Source: an uncultured virus (IMG/VR IMGVR_UViG_3300037088_000332)
Lineage: Duplodnaviria > Heunggongvirae > Uroviricota > Caudoviricetes
Direction: 5' to 3' (one strand)
DNA length: 20,000 nt
Virus record (IMG/VR): IMGVR_UViG_3300037088_000332
In this document: one piece after another, positions 1 through 7,488 of the stretch
Layout of the letters: each line of letters begins with the position of its first letter
How positions within the stretch are numbered: the stretch's first letter is position 1
Program-made: the position numbers and the translations under genes
Notes under the pieces: model-generated
Seen by the model: the letters and a program-made list of their open reading frames with translations, nothing else
Databases searched by the model: none
Told to the model about the DNA's origin: nothing

Positions 1-26
1 AACGAGTTGTTCGATAAGCGATTCAT
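1..26 (-). CDS. 5' start of a gene running off the left edge (MNRLSNNS...)
   Basis: Minus strand reads AAGGAAGAT-ATG at 26, open to the window edge and downstream of a GTATTATA motif at 147-154. An in-frame upstream ATG near 131 is an alternative start. Confidence 0.45.
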
Positions 27-44
27 ATCTTCCTTTGCAAGCCG

Positions 45-78
45 CGGCCGGGGGGATGGAAAATGGACCCCCCGGCCG
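45..78. other. GC-rich inverted repeat (11-bp stem, 12-nt loop) in a 5' leader
   Basis: CGGCCGGGGGG (45-55) pairs perfectly with CCCCCCGGCCG (68-78). Confidence 0.75.
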
Positions 79-146
79 GTACTGCGACTGCAACTGCAAC
101 TACGGACGGAACGTCTCACTTCAAACCACATACTACCTTACATTCA

Positions 147-154
147 TATAATAC
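147..154 (-). promoter_or_regulatory. Putative phage promoter -10 element GTATTATA
   Basis: The identical 8-mer also occurs at 1267, 1544 and 17817, each intergenic and upstream of a minus-strand unit. Confidence 0.6.
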
Positions 155-209
155 TTCCGATAGTCACAATTTTCAGGAAAATTTTTTATGGCCAGCCTCT
201 ATACGTGTC

Positions 210-1250
210 CTAGTTGGCGTCTTTCCATTCTTTCATGGATACCCGCTGCACCGCAGCGGGATTGACGGCAAAGCCAGATTCCTCGCTGATGGAGAACCCG
301 AAGAACGGCCCGGGGTAACAAACTTCATGCCCGACATTGTTGATGTGCAGGTCGTCGAAGAGCGATAACATATTAAGCCTCACCTTGTCAACGACATACC
401 CTGCATATATTCCGTCGTCGGTACCATCTACTACCTTTGTGGCCTCGGTCTTCCCAGTGACATACATATACCCCTCGGGAACTGACCGGCTTTGGTAAAT
501 GTCAGTGTTGCCTATCCCCCCCATCAATCCGGTTTTAAGGCTTTTTTCAACATAGTTACAGTCCAGCCGAACTTTGTCTTTCAGCTTGAGTATCTTAGTA
601 TAATCATAAGGATGGACAAAGACGAACAATACGGTCATTACACCTCTGTTTGATAACTTATCCCTTGTTTTGGTCAAAAAGTCGGGACCAAACGGAATGT
701 CGTTCTCATCCTTGGACACGGCGTCAATTAAAGAGAACATCTGGGCGTTTTCGGCCGCAACCATTTCTGCTTTACCGAGGTTAAGACCACGGGCGATAAG
801 GTCAAACCGGCGCTCCTCGATATACGTTATTGGGAACACGGGGTTAGACGTAATTTTGAATGTCGGAACAGCCATATCTTGGTCGCAGTAACACCACGCC
901 GTCTGCTTGCCAGTGGGGACGGTAGAAGGCAATAGGTTAAGTTTGTTGAGGCTGGACACATGGTTCCCATCCACCACACGGAACGCCTTGCGGACAAGGC
1001 TCATGTAATCCCGGCGACGGGAGATAACGGGTCCGAGGGTAACCGCAAGTTTCTGGCGACCAGTGGTGGTGCTTAACAGGCTGTAGAGAGATGTAATCTG
1101 TTCCATAGTTTCAACTTCAGCGACGTTCGTAACTACGGTTTGGGCAAAATCGGTGCCTTCGGGGACTGACGGAATGTCCGTCGTGAACTCGGCTCCCGTG
1201 ATTGTTGTCATTCCCCCTAGTCTGGCCTGAAATAAACTGCGGTGTTCCAT
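210..1250 (-). CDS. Diverged major capsid protein homologue (HK97/encapsulin-like fold), 346 aa
   Basis: The segments GRQKLAVTLGPVISRRRDYMSLVRKAFRV and PTFKITSNPVFPITYIEERRFDLIARGLNLGKAEMVAAENAQMFSLID resemble, from memory, a large-phage capsid family (GRxKLAxxMxxPLRxRRDY...FEIASNPEIPLTQIKERRFDLIER). The C-terminal IYQSRSVPEGYMYV and GFSISEESGFAVNPAAV are typical of HK97 folds. Confidence 0.65.
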   Translation of the reverse strand: MEHRSLFQARLGGMTTITGAEFTTDIPSVPEGTDFAQTVVTNVAEVETMEQITSLYSLLSTTTGRQKLAVTLGPVISRRRDYMSLVRKAFRVVDGNHVSSLNKLNLLPSTVPTGKQTAWCYCDQDMAVPTFKITSNPVFPITYIEERRFDLIARGLNLGKAEMVAAENAQMFSLIDAVSKDENDIPFGPDFLTKTRDKLSNRGVMTVLFVFVHPYDYTKILKLKDKVRLDCNYVEKSLKTGLMGGIGNTDIYQSRSVPEGYMYVTGKTEATKVVDGTDDGIYAGYVVDKVRLNMLSLFDDLHINNVGHEVCYPGPFFGFSISEESGFAVNPAAVQRVSMKEWKDAN

Positions 1251-1266
1251 AGTGGTGCTTCTGCCT

Positions 1267-1274
1267 TATAATAC
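1267..1274 (-). promoter_or_regulatory. Putative promoter -10 element GTATTATA for the capsid-like gene
   Basis: Recurrent motif 16 nt upstream of the ATG at 1250, immediately after a terminator. Confidence 0.6.
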
Positions 1275-1287
1275 TAAACTTATCGCT

Positions 1288-1321
1288 AAAAACAGGAAGG
1301 GGGGAGCTTTCGCTCCCCCCT
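1288..1321 (-). terminator. Rho-independent terminator
   Basis: Minus strand AGGGGGGAGC-GAAA-GCTCCCCCCT (10-bp stem, GNRA tetraloop) followed by TCCTGTTTTT. Confidence 0.8.
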
Positions 1322-1540
1322 CTTAATCTACCTTAATATTTGATGCACTTTGATTAGATGGTTGAAATAGGATTTAGGTTCCCTACATCATACACCTCCT
1401 GGTTTGAAGTAGGAAACGGGGATTTAAGGTTGTTTGCTCCCCGTTTCCTATGGGGGTGCGTACCGTGATGAGCACGACTCGCTCCCCTCCACCACCGGTT
1501 TCCCTCGTGACCCGGAAACGTTCATTGGATGTACTGCCAC
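1288..1540 (-). ncRNA. Putative structured small RNA / minigene transcript (~250 nt), family unknown
   Basis: Bounded by the GTATTATA motif (1544-1551) and a terminator. Hairpins at 1498-1519, 1453-1487 and 1410-1450 (perfect 13-bp stem). AGGAGGTG-T-ATG-ATG-TAG at 1400-1383. No ORF of useful length. Confidence 0.6.
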
Positions 1541-1543
1541 TTA

Positions 1544-1551
1544 TATAATAC
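1544..1551 (-). promoter_or_regulatory. Putative promoter -10 element GTATTATA
   Basis: Recurrent intergenic motif, here preceded by AT (ATGTATTATA), giving a TG immediately before TATTAT. Confidence 0.6.
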
Positions 1552-1652
1552 ATTGGATATTGGAAAATTTAGGGAGGAATTTTTCTGGCCATTGAACTAC
1601 TTGCTTCCTATATGTGAGGGCTTAAGGGGCGTCCCCACTCCGAGGAGGTCAT

Positions 1653-3554
1653 ATGAACATAAGGGTTTCGCCTAAGACAGGAAGAAAGTACGGTTTCCAG
1701 CACTGGAAGGCAGAGGGGACCCACGGACCTTATCAGAACACCTATACTATGATGACGGTTGACCAGCCTCCACTAGAGGTCAGCCAACTACAGTGGATGC
1801 CGCCTGTTTACGACCAAGGACAGGAAGGCTCTTGCACCGCTTTCGGGGCAAAGAACGTCAGGGAATTCCTTAGCATCAAGTATGTAAAAAAGCCGGTTTC
1901 GCTCAGCGCCCAGTTTCAGTACTATTGCGAGCGCCTGCTTAACGGAAACGTAGGCCAAGATGCCGGGTCCACAGTATCGACAGCAATGCTGTCAATGCGG
2001 ATGTTCGGCATCTGCCCCGACGCTGATGAGTCGTACACAACCCCCTTTGTGACCAAGCCGTCTCAGAAGGATTTCGTGGATGCCGCCCGCTATAAGATTG
2101 GGAACATTTATACTATCAACACCTTGACGGACATGAAGAACGTCCTTAACGCCGGATGGGTCTTTGAACTTGGATTCCTCGTCTATGAATCTTTTGAGTC
2201 CGATTCCGTGGCCACAACTGGCATCATGACCATGCCATCTTCCAAGGAGCAACTTCTCGGAGGTCATGCGGTCTGCCTTACCGCAGATACCAAGATATCC
2301 TTGCTGGACGGAACGGAGAGATCCATCCTAGACCTATGCAAGGGGTTTGAGGATAGGTCGTTCTGGGTATATAGCTGTGACGAAAACGGGGGTGTGGTTC
2401 CAGGGCTGGCACATCATCCACGAAAGACTGGAGAAAAAAAGCCGATAGTGAAGGTTACCCTGGATAATGGGGAGACAATCCGCTGCACCCCGGATGAGTG
2501 GTTCATGCTGCGCGATGGGTCGTATCGGGAGGCATTCAACCTAGTAGCGGGAGACAGTCTGATGCCATTGTACCGCAAGATAGACGAGAAGCAGTTGCCT
2601 GGCTATGAGATGGTGTATAACCTTGCCACGAAGCGGTGGAGGCATACTCATCGTGCTTCTTACAGCGGAACTTACGGGAAATATGACAGAGGCGTTATAC
2701 ACCACGACGATTTCAATAAGCGCAACAATGTTCCCGATAACCTGATTCATATGACATGGGAACAGCATACTGCTTTGCACAGTCAAAACATTGCCTTATT
2801 AGAAGATTATGCAAAAAGTGATGAGGGCAGAGAGCATAGCCGTCAACTTATGACCAAACTCTGGGGTGACCCAGATTGGCGGGAAGAGTCTATGCTACGG
2901 ATTAAAGAGAACGGTAAGAAGGTATCCTATCAGTTGGCGCTAGAGGGACGTTGCGGATTTCAAGCTATGGATAAGGATGTGATAGCTGCAATCGGGCACA
3001 TAACTGGTCCAAAGAATATCCTAAAGACTCAAACCCCTGAGGCGCGGACAAAGCAAATAGCTACCCTAAAATTTCGCTATGCAACCGACTCCGAATTTTC
3101 CAAGGTTGTACTGGAAAAAGCATTGAGGGCATCACAGGTTGCGGCTCTTCTTGCCCCGACGCAGGCGCAGATAGAGGCTCGTCAAGAGAATGTGAAAGTC
3201 GCCAGGGCTACCAAGGCTAAAAAGTTCGCTATGGCTGCCGTAAACAACCATAAGGTTGTCTCTGTGGAGGATGCTGGATATGAGGATGTCTATGATTTAA
3301 CCGTAGATAGATACCACAACTTTGCTCTTACTTCTGGGATATTTGTCCACAATTGTGTCTGGGGGTACAACGACACCTTTATGTTCCCCGGTCTCCCGAA
3401 CGGTGCGCTGGCCATCCGCAATAGTTGGGGTACTTGGGGCAACAACGGTAACTTCTTCATGCCCTACGGTTATCTGAACGGAATTGACCCTAGTGGCAAT
3501 GGACCGTTTGTGAGCGATGCCCATTTGTGCCATTTGGGACCGGTTTGGTCGTGA
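1653..3554 (+). CDS. Papain-like C1 cysteine peptidase precursor containing an intein (633 aa; about 273 aa after splicing)
   Basis: DQGQEGSCTAF (oxyanion Gln55, catalytic Cys61), LSAQFQYY, GGHAV (His205), and IRNSWGTWGNNGNFFMPY (catalytic Asn). Strong RBS GAGGAGG. Confidence 0.93.
   Translation: MNIRVSPKTGRKYGFQHWKAEGTHGPYQNTYTMMTVDQPPLEVSQLQWMPPVYDQGQEGSCTAFGAKNVREFLSIKYVKKPVSLSAQFQYYCERLLNGNVGQDAGSTVSTAMLSMRMFGICPDADESYTTPFVTKPSQKDFVDAARYKIGNIYTINTLTDMKNVLNAGWVFELGFLVYESFESDSVATTGIMTMPSSKEQLLGGHAVCLTADTKISLLDGTERSILDLCKGFEDRSFWVYSCDENGGVVPGLAHHPRKTGEKKPIVKVTLDNGETIRCTPDEWFMLRDGSYREAFNLVAGDSLMPLYRKIDEKQLPGYEMVYNLATKRWRHTHRASYSGTYGKYDRGVIHHDDFNKRNNVPDNLIHMTWEQHTALHSQNIALLEDYAKSDEGREHSRQLMTKLWGDPDWREESMLRIKENGKKVSYQLALEGRCGFQAMDKDVIAAIGHITGPKNILKTQTPEARTKQIATLKFRYATDSEFSKVVLEKALRASQVAALLAPTQAQIEARQENVKVARATKAKKFAMAAVNNHKVVSVEDAGYEDVYDLTVDRYHNFALTSGIFVHNCVWGYNDTFMFPGLPNGALAIRNSWGTWGNNGNFFMPYGYLNGIDPSGNGPFVSDAHLCHLGPVWS
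2274..3353 (+). mobile_element. Intein (360 aa) with HNH homing endonuclease domain
   Basis: Block A CLTADTKISLLDG; block B IRCTPDEWF; HNH IHHDDFNKRNNVPDNLIHMTWEQHTALH; block F VYDLTVDRYHNF; block G IFVHN followed by +1 Cys. Removal restores GGHAV-CVWGY. Confidence 0.95.
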
Positions 3555-3640
3555 CGACTTACATTTTGAACTTTCCAGAATATTAGGAAATAAAAAAGTT
3601 GTAGGTGCCTTAAAAAGGGGACATTTAAGCAGGTGAATCT

Positions 3641-3835
3641 TTAGCCTTGATGCGGGTCCTTAAACCCGACGACCTCTTGGCTATCCGGGGTCAAAAATCC
3701 TTCTTTGAGAAGCTCCTGCTCGATGAGGGCGGACTCGCTATGACCGACCTCGCCTGACTTTAGGCTATCCTGTGCCTTGACCGCCCCTCTTAGGATGGCG
3801 TTCCTTGCCTTGGTCCAGTTTGATGGTGCTTCCAT
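3641..3835 (-). CDS. Hypothetical protein, 64 aa
   Basis: ORF with AGAGGA RBS before the ATG at 3835; last gene of the minus-strand run. Confidence 0.6.
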   Translation of the reverse strand: MEAPSNWTKARNAILRGAVKAQDSLKSGEVGHSESALIEQELLKEGFLTPDSQEVVGFKDPHQG

Positions 3836-3846
3836 AATTCCTCTTT

Positions 3847-4110
3847 TCAAAAGGGATTGCGTTCTGGATAAAAATCTCCCTCATCCTCTATCAAGCATCC
3901 TGTATTCGTCTTCCTTCCGTAGAAGTAGGCAAACTCCCTAATCTTGGTAGCATTCCATCCGCACGAATTGGCGATGCAGGATGCCTCCTGTAGGTCGTGG
4001 GCGGCGATTAGCCAGAACTCCCCGGTGTCGGGGTTGCCCAGCCGGAACATCCGTGGCTCCACATAAGGTTTGGGAGTGGGGGTGTGCTCGCAAGTTAGAT
4101 GTATGGCCAT
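3847..4110 (-). CDS. Hypothetical protein, 87 aa (MAIHLTCEH...)
   Basis: Start revised to 4110 on the basis of a TAATG overlap with the upstream stop. Confidence 0.65.
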   Translation of the reverse strand: MAIHLTCEHTPTPKPYVEPRMFRLGNPDTGEFWLIAAHDLQEASCIANSCGWNATKIREFAYFYGRKTNTGCLIEDEGDFYPERNPF

Positions 4111-4400
4111 TAGTCCCTGTAAACTAATCGTATAAATCGGGCGTAAAGGATGTTGCCCACGAGGTTGACATGCTGCAACATGGTTCTGTCCGGGAATATG
4201 TTGGGAGGGAAGTCCATAGCTCGTCCCGCTGAGGTATTGTAGCAGAGGTCGCATAACCATTTGTAGTTTTCTTCGGTCGGTCTCTTTCTCCACTCCTCTT
4301 CGGTCATATGGAGACCTATACGGTCCCGCTCGCATTCCGTCAGTTTATCGGTGGTGAAGCCACAACTTTGGCATTCACCTGGATTACTGGTTTTCGACAT
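4110..4400 (-). CDS. Hypothetical zinc-binding protein, 96 aa
   Basis: CQSC and CDLC pairs; coupled to neighbours; GGAAAAG upstream. Confidence 0.7.
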   Translation of the reverse strand: MSKTSNPGECQSCGFTTDKLTECERDRIGLHMTEEEWRKRPTEENYKWLCDLCYNTSAGRAMDFPPNIFPDRTMLQHVNLVGNILYARFIRLVYRD

Positions 4401-5358
4401 ATCTTTTCCCTTCTGCCAGTTCCAGCATCCAGAATTGCTTGTGCATCCGCCAGAACGCCGCCCTGACCGCCGCTCCCTGCTCGTCAGATACCACGAGGAC
4501 TGAACTCATCCTGGGGATGATGATGCAGGTCTCGTGGACGATGTCGTGCTCGGAGAACACCTCAAAGGCGACCTTGCGGGAGAACAAAACTTGGTTGAGA
4601 ATCTCACCCCCGGATTTGGAGTGGAAGGGATAGGCAATCTCATCTGCAAGTAAGTCTTCAGGACGGGTGGAATCGTGCTTGACCATCATTGGAGCGCTTC
4701 CCGGCACCCAGTGGATGTACCAAGCCTTAAGGCTTGGCATTACCTTCAAGTAATTGTCCGAGCCTATACCAAGCATGGATATGTTATTGCTATCTGAAAA
4801 TACTGGGGTCTGCCCCCTTGGGCTTACCCGGAAGGATAGCTGCGGCGTGAAGCCTGCGATAATCTTGAGGGACTTGAGGGTACTGAGGTCATGGTTGAAC
4901 TTATCGTCTTCGGTCGTCAGGTGAGCAGCGTGGGATGCCCTGACCATCTTGGCACCTGGCTCAAGGGGGCTATGCTTGCTGTCCTTCCATTCCCCCTCCA
5001 GCTTCTTGATGTCGTCTTCGGCGTCCCTTGCTTGGTACCCCATGCCGACATAGGACTGGAGGTTGAGCAAGACCTGCGTGAAGATGTTGTAGTCCAGCAA
5101 CCTATGCCCGTGGAGCTTCTTAAGGACGACATTGCGGTCATAGCCTGTCGGCTCTCCCTTGACCTCGGGGCCCACTTCCATCCAGCAGTCACGAAAGACT
5201 TTCCAGATTACACTTCCCCAGTGGTCGGTTCGACTGAATTCCAAAGCAGGCAATATCTCCAAGAACTTTGCCTTGAGGGTATCTTCGGACTCAAATAATT
5301 CAGATATTCTCGCTGCAAAAAGGTTGGTTACCCGCTGGTAGATTTGTTCCATTTCCAT
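4384..5358 (-). CDS. Hypothetical protein, 324 aa
   Basis: Long ORF on the operon strand; no motif recognised. Confidence 0.8.
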   Translation of the reverse strand: MEMEQIYQRVTNLFAARISELFESEDTLKAKFLEILPALEFSRTDHWGSVIWKVFRDCWMEVGPEVKGEPTGYDRNVVLKKLHGHRLLDYNIFTQVLLNLQSYVGMGYQARDAEDDIKKLEGEWKDSKHSPLEPGAKMVRASHAAHLTTEDDKFNHDLSTLKSLKIIAGFTPQLSFRVSPRGQTPVFSDSNNISMLGIGSDNYLKVMPSLKAWYIHWVPGSAPMMVKHDSTRPEDLLADEIAYPFHSKSGGEILNQVLFSRKVAFEVFSEHDIVHETCIIIPRMSSVLVVSDEQGAAVRAAFWRMHKQFWMLELAEGKRYVENQ

Positions 5359-5528
5359 GTAATTTTTCCAATCGTCATCTCAAGTGTTTCCAGTTCACTG
5401 TCATGGAAGTGATGGTGGGTCTTGGTATCGTCAGGTGTTATCACCACAACATAACCATTCTCATAGTAGACTTGTTCGGCATTGGCGTAGTCCCACTGTC
5501 CTTCCATGGCGGTTATTCGGACATGCAT
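5328..5528 (-). CDS. Hypothetical protein, 66 aa
   Basis: Fills the gap between neighbours with short overlaps. Confidence 0.6.
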   Translation of the reverse strand: MHVRITAMEGQWDYANAEQVYYENGYVVVITPDDTKTHHHFHDSELETLEMTIGKITWKWNKSTSG

Positions 5529-5860
5529 TTTTGCATTCTTATTTCGTCATCCTCTGCACACGCTGGGCAGCCTGAGACATTCTCCCCGCCTAGGTGGTTG
5601 TGCATAAGTTCAGGCTTAGCCACATTGCCGTACCAGCGCTTGTGGTTGTCCCCACGGGCGAAGTCTGCCGGGCATGGAAGTTCCTTATCCTCGGGTTCAT
5701 ACCCCGTGAATGAAATTCCCCACGCTACCCTTAGTTCCTGCCAATCCTTATGCCTGTCACAAAACTCGCATTCACCTGGGGCATAGAGGATGCGTTGGTC
5801 ACAGTGTGGGAATTGAGCAATGTGTTTTACAGTTGTAAGAGGCTTGATTCTCTTGAACAT
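5513..5860 (-). CDS. Hypothetical Cys/His-rich phage protein, 115 aa
   Basis: AAGGAG RBS; FPHCDQRILYAPGECEFCD motif and a C-terminal CPAC. Confidence 0.75.
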   Translation of the reverse strand: MFKRIKPLTTVKHIAQFPHCDQRILYAPGECEFCDRHKDWQELRVAWGISFTGYEPEDKELPCPADFARGDNHKRWYGNVAKPELMHNHLGGENVSGCPACAEDDEIRMQKCMSE

Positions 5861-5872
5861 ACTGTTCTCCTT

Positions 5873-6076
5873 TTACCACTCATAGTGACAATATTGGTCC
5901 CAGATTTCGTTGGTAAATTGACCACATCGGTGCTTCCCCACATGCCCTTGTTTCAAGGTGCATACGTGAGGGGAATCCTCCTTACGGTGGGTGACAATAA
6001 TCCCAGAAAAATCGGGAAGCGTGACGAGGGGGACTTGGCGTATCTTCCCGCAAAGCTTGGACAGGTCAACCACCAT
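5873..6076 (-). CDS. Hypothetical protein with CxLxxGHxGxH motif, 67 aa
   Basis: Start revised to 6076 (GGAGGAG RBS, TAATG overlap). Confidence 0.7.
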   Translation of the reverse strand: MVVDLSKLCGKIRQVPLVTLPDFSGIIVTHRKEDSPHVCTLKQGHVGKHRCGQFTNEIWDQYCHYEW

Positions 6077-6279
6077 TACTCCTCCGAGGTTCTGGAAAGA
6101 CGTTTCATCCCAGTCAGGTACTTGCTCCTGAGCGCCAGTGTCTCGGTGCTCCCGCAGTCGGGGCACTCCACGAAGGCATAAGGAATCTCAACCAGTCCGC
6201 CCACTGCTCGTATCTTCTGAACCCTCGTTTGGACATACTCGTTCAATTCTTTCTGACATCTGAGGCAATTTACCGCCAT
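6076..6279 (-). CDS. Small zinc-ribbon protein, 67 aa
   Basis: CLRC and CPDCGS pairs; AAGGAAG upstream. Confidence 0.7.
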   Translation of the reverse strand: MAVNCLRCQKELNEYVQTRVQKIRAVGGLVEIPYAFVECPDCGSTETLALRSKYLTGMKRLSRTSEE

Positions 6280-6299
6280 ATTGTACTTCCTTTCTTTAG

Positions 6300-6899
6300 T
6301 TACTTACGCTCTAAAGGGCAATGTCCATACACTCCACGGGAACAGTTGCAATTCCAGCACATCGCTCTGAATTCATCCTTTGGATATCCGTGTGCTTTAA
6401 GCCATCTATAGAAATGAAAACCACCACTGACCTTTATAGATTTTCTATGTTTATGCCCCCCACCTACAATATGGTCAATGGTGAGAAGCTCAAAAATTGA
6501 AATTGAACATCCGCAAGGACATTGGCATTTTCCCCCATAGGCGGCAATGACCTCTGCCTTGATGGTCCTAGAGTACTGGCGTTTCCTATCTGAGCAAATT
6601 TGACAGGAGAGCCCCTCTCTATTTTGAAGTCTACCACATCTGCATTTCCCTTGTTTTAAGTTTAGACGCTGGTGGTCGTTCAGCCTTTGAGTACATTTTT
6701 TACAAAGCTTCCTTTTTGGTAGAGCCTTTCTACCACACCCACAAAATCCTTTTGATTTTCTAAGGTTCTTTAGGGCTGTTTGTGTTTTTACGCAACATAC
6801 TTTACAGATTCTACGACGACCCCCTAAACTAGAGCCGTGTTTAGCAAACTGGTTAATCGGTTTTGGGGCGTCACATCTTTTACAAATTCGGATTTCCAC
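6300..6899 (-). CDS. Free-standing HNH endonuclease (putative homing endonuclease) with Cys-rich N-terminus
   Basis: AYGGKCQCPCG...LTIDHIVGGG...FRAMCWNCNCSRG is a His-Me finger signature; multiple CxxC; very basic; visibly more AT-rich than its flanks. Confidence 0.85.
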   Translation of the reverse strand: MEIRICKRCDAPKPINQFAKHGSSLGGRRRICKVCCVKTQTALKNLRKSKGFCGCGRKALPKRKLCKKCTQRLNDHQRLNLKQGKCRCGRLQNREGLSCQICSDRKRQYSRTIKAEVIAAYGGKCQCPCGCSISIFELLTIDHIVGGGHKHRKSIKVSGGFHFYRWLKAHGYPKDEFRAMCWNCNCSRGVYGHCPLERK

Positions 6900-7488
6900 G
6901 CAATAAGGTTTCCATTTCTGAGGCTAATTGAGCAGCCTTGTTGAATATGGGCTGACACTCATTGTGGCCTTCCAAGATAGCCTGCATAAGATAACTTAGG
7001 AAGTCTAAAACCTCCTGGTAGGCATCAAGAAAGGCGTCCCGCCCGTTGTTGGTCCTAAGTCTTTGGCCATATTTCTTCTCGCCCATTTCAATGCGCTTCT
7101 CGTGGTCGGTGGCCACTTCCGGCATATGCAAGGATATCAAATGGTTGATTACGAACCTACCTACATCCTGCTCTGTGTCCGGGGCGGTAGGCCTTTGCTG
7201 CACAATGGTGGGGTCATAGCTTACCGTAAGGGTTGGGTCATAACTTACAGGGATGGTTGGTCTAAACTTGATGGTATTGTCACACTGAGGACACGCAGGG
7301 GGTCGCCACGGCTCCTTGCTTATATAATCGCCGTGCGTAAAGCATTTTCCCCCTGAATGATGGCTGCCTTCGTGTCCAAAGGGGAGAGCACAGGGAAACC
7401 AAGACCCCTCCCGTGCGATAAAAGAACAGACAAAGGCTTTGCACAGGTCGCTACTTATAGCGATGTTGGTATCAGACTGTGTTAGCAT
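6880..7488 (-). CDS. Two-domain protein: Cys/His-rich N-terminus plus putative all-alpha NTP pyrophosphatase-like (MazG-like) C-terminus
   Basis: RIEMGEKKYGQRLRTNNGRDAFLDAYQEVLDFLSYL (GxxKYG...ExxD..Y). Start set at 7488 after GAGGAGGGGG. Confidence 0.6.
   Translation of the reverse strand: MLTQSDTNIAISSDLCKAFVCSFIAREGSWFPCALPFGHEGSHHSGGKCFTHGDYISKEPWRPPACPQCDNTIKFRPTIPVSYDPTLTVSYDPTIVQQRPTAPDTEQDVGRFVINHLISLHMPEVATDHEKRIEMGEKKYGQRLRTNNGRDAFLDAYQEVLDFLSYLMQAILEGHNECQPIFNKAAQLASEMETLLRGNPNL

Noticed and set aside
1460..1520. Hammerhead ribozyme (TGATGAG...GAAAC on the plus strand)
   Set aside because: The core reads GTGATGA, not CTGANGA, and these bases lie in hairpins that do not give the three-stem hammerhead topology.
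1288..1540. tRNA or tmRNA
   Set aside because: No cloverleaf, TTCGA T-loop, CCA end or tag reading frame was found.
3555..3640. Bidirectional terminator between convergent genes
   Set aside because: Only weak AT-rich stems are visible; no convincing GC hairpin with a U-tract.
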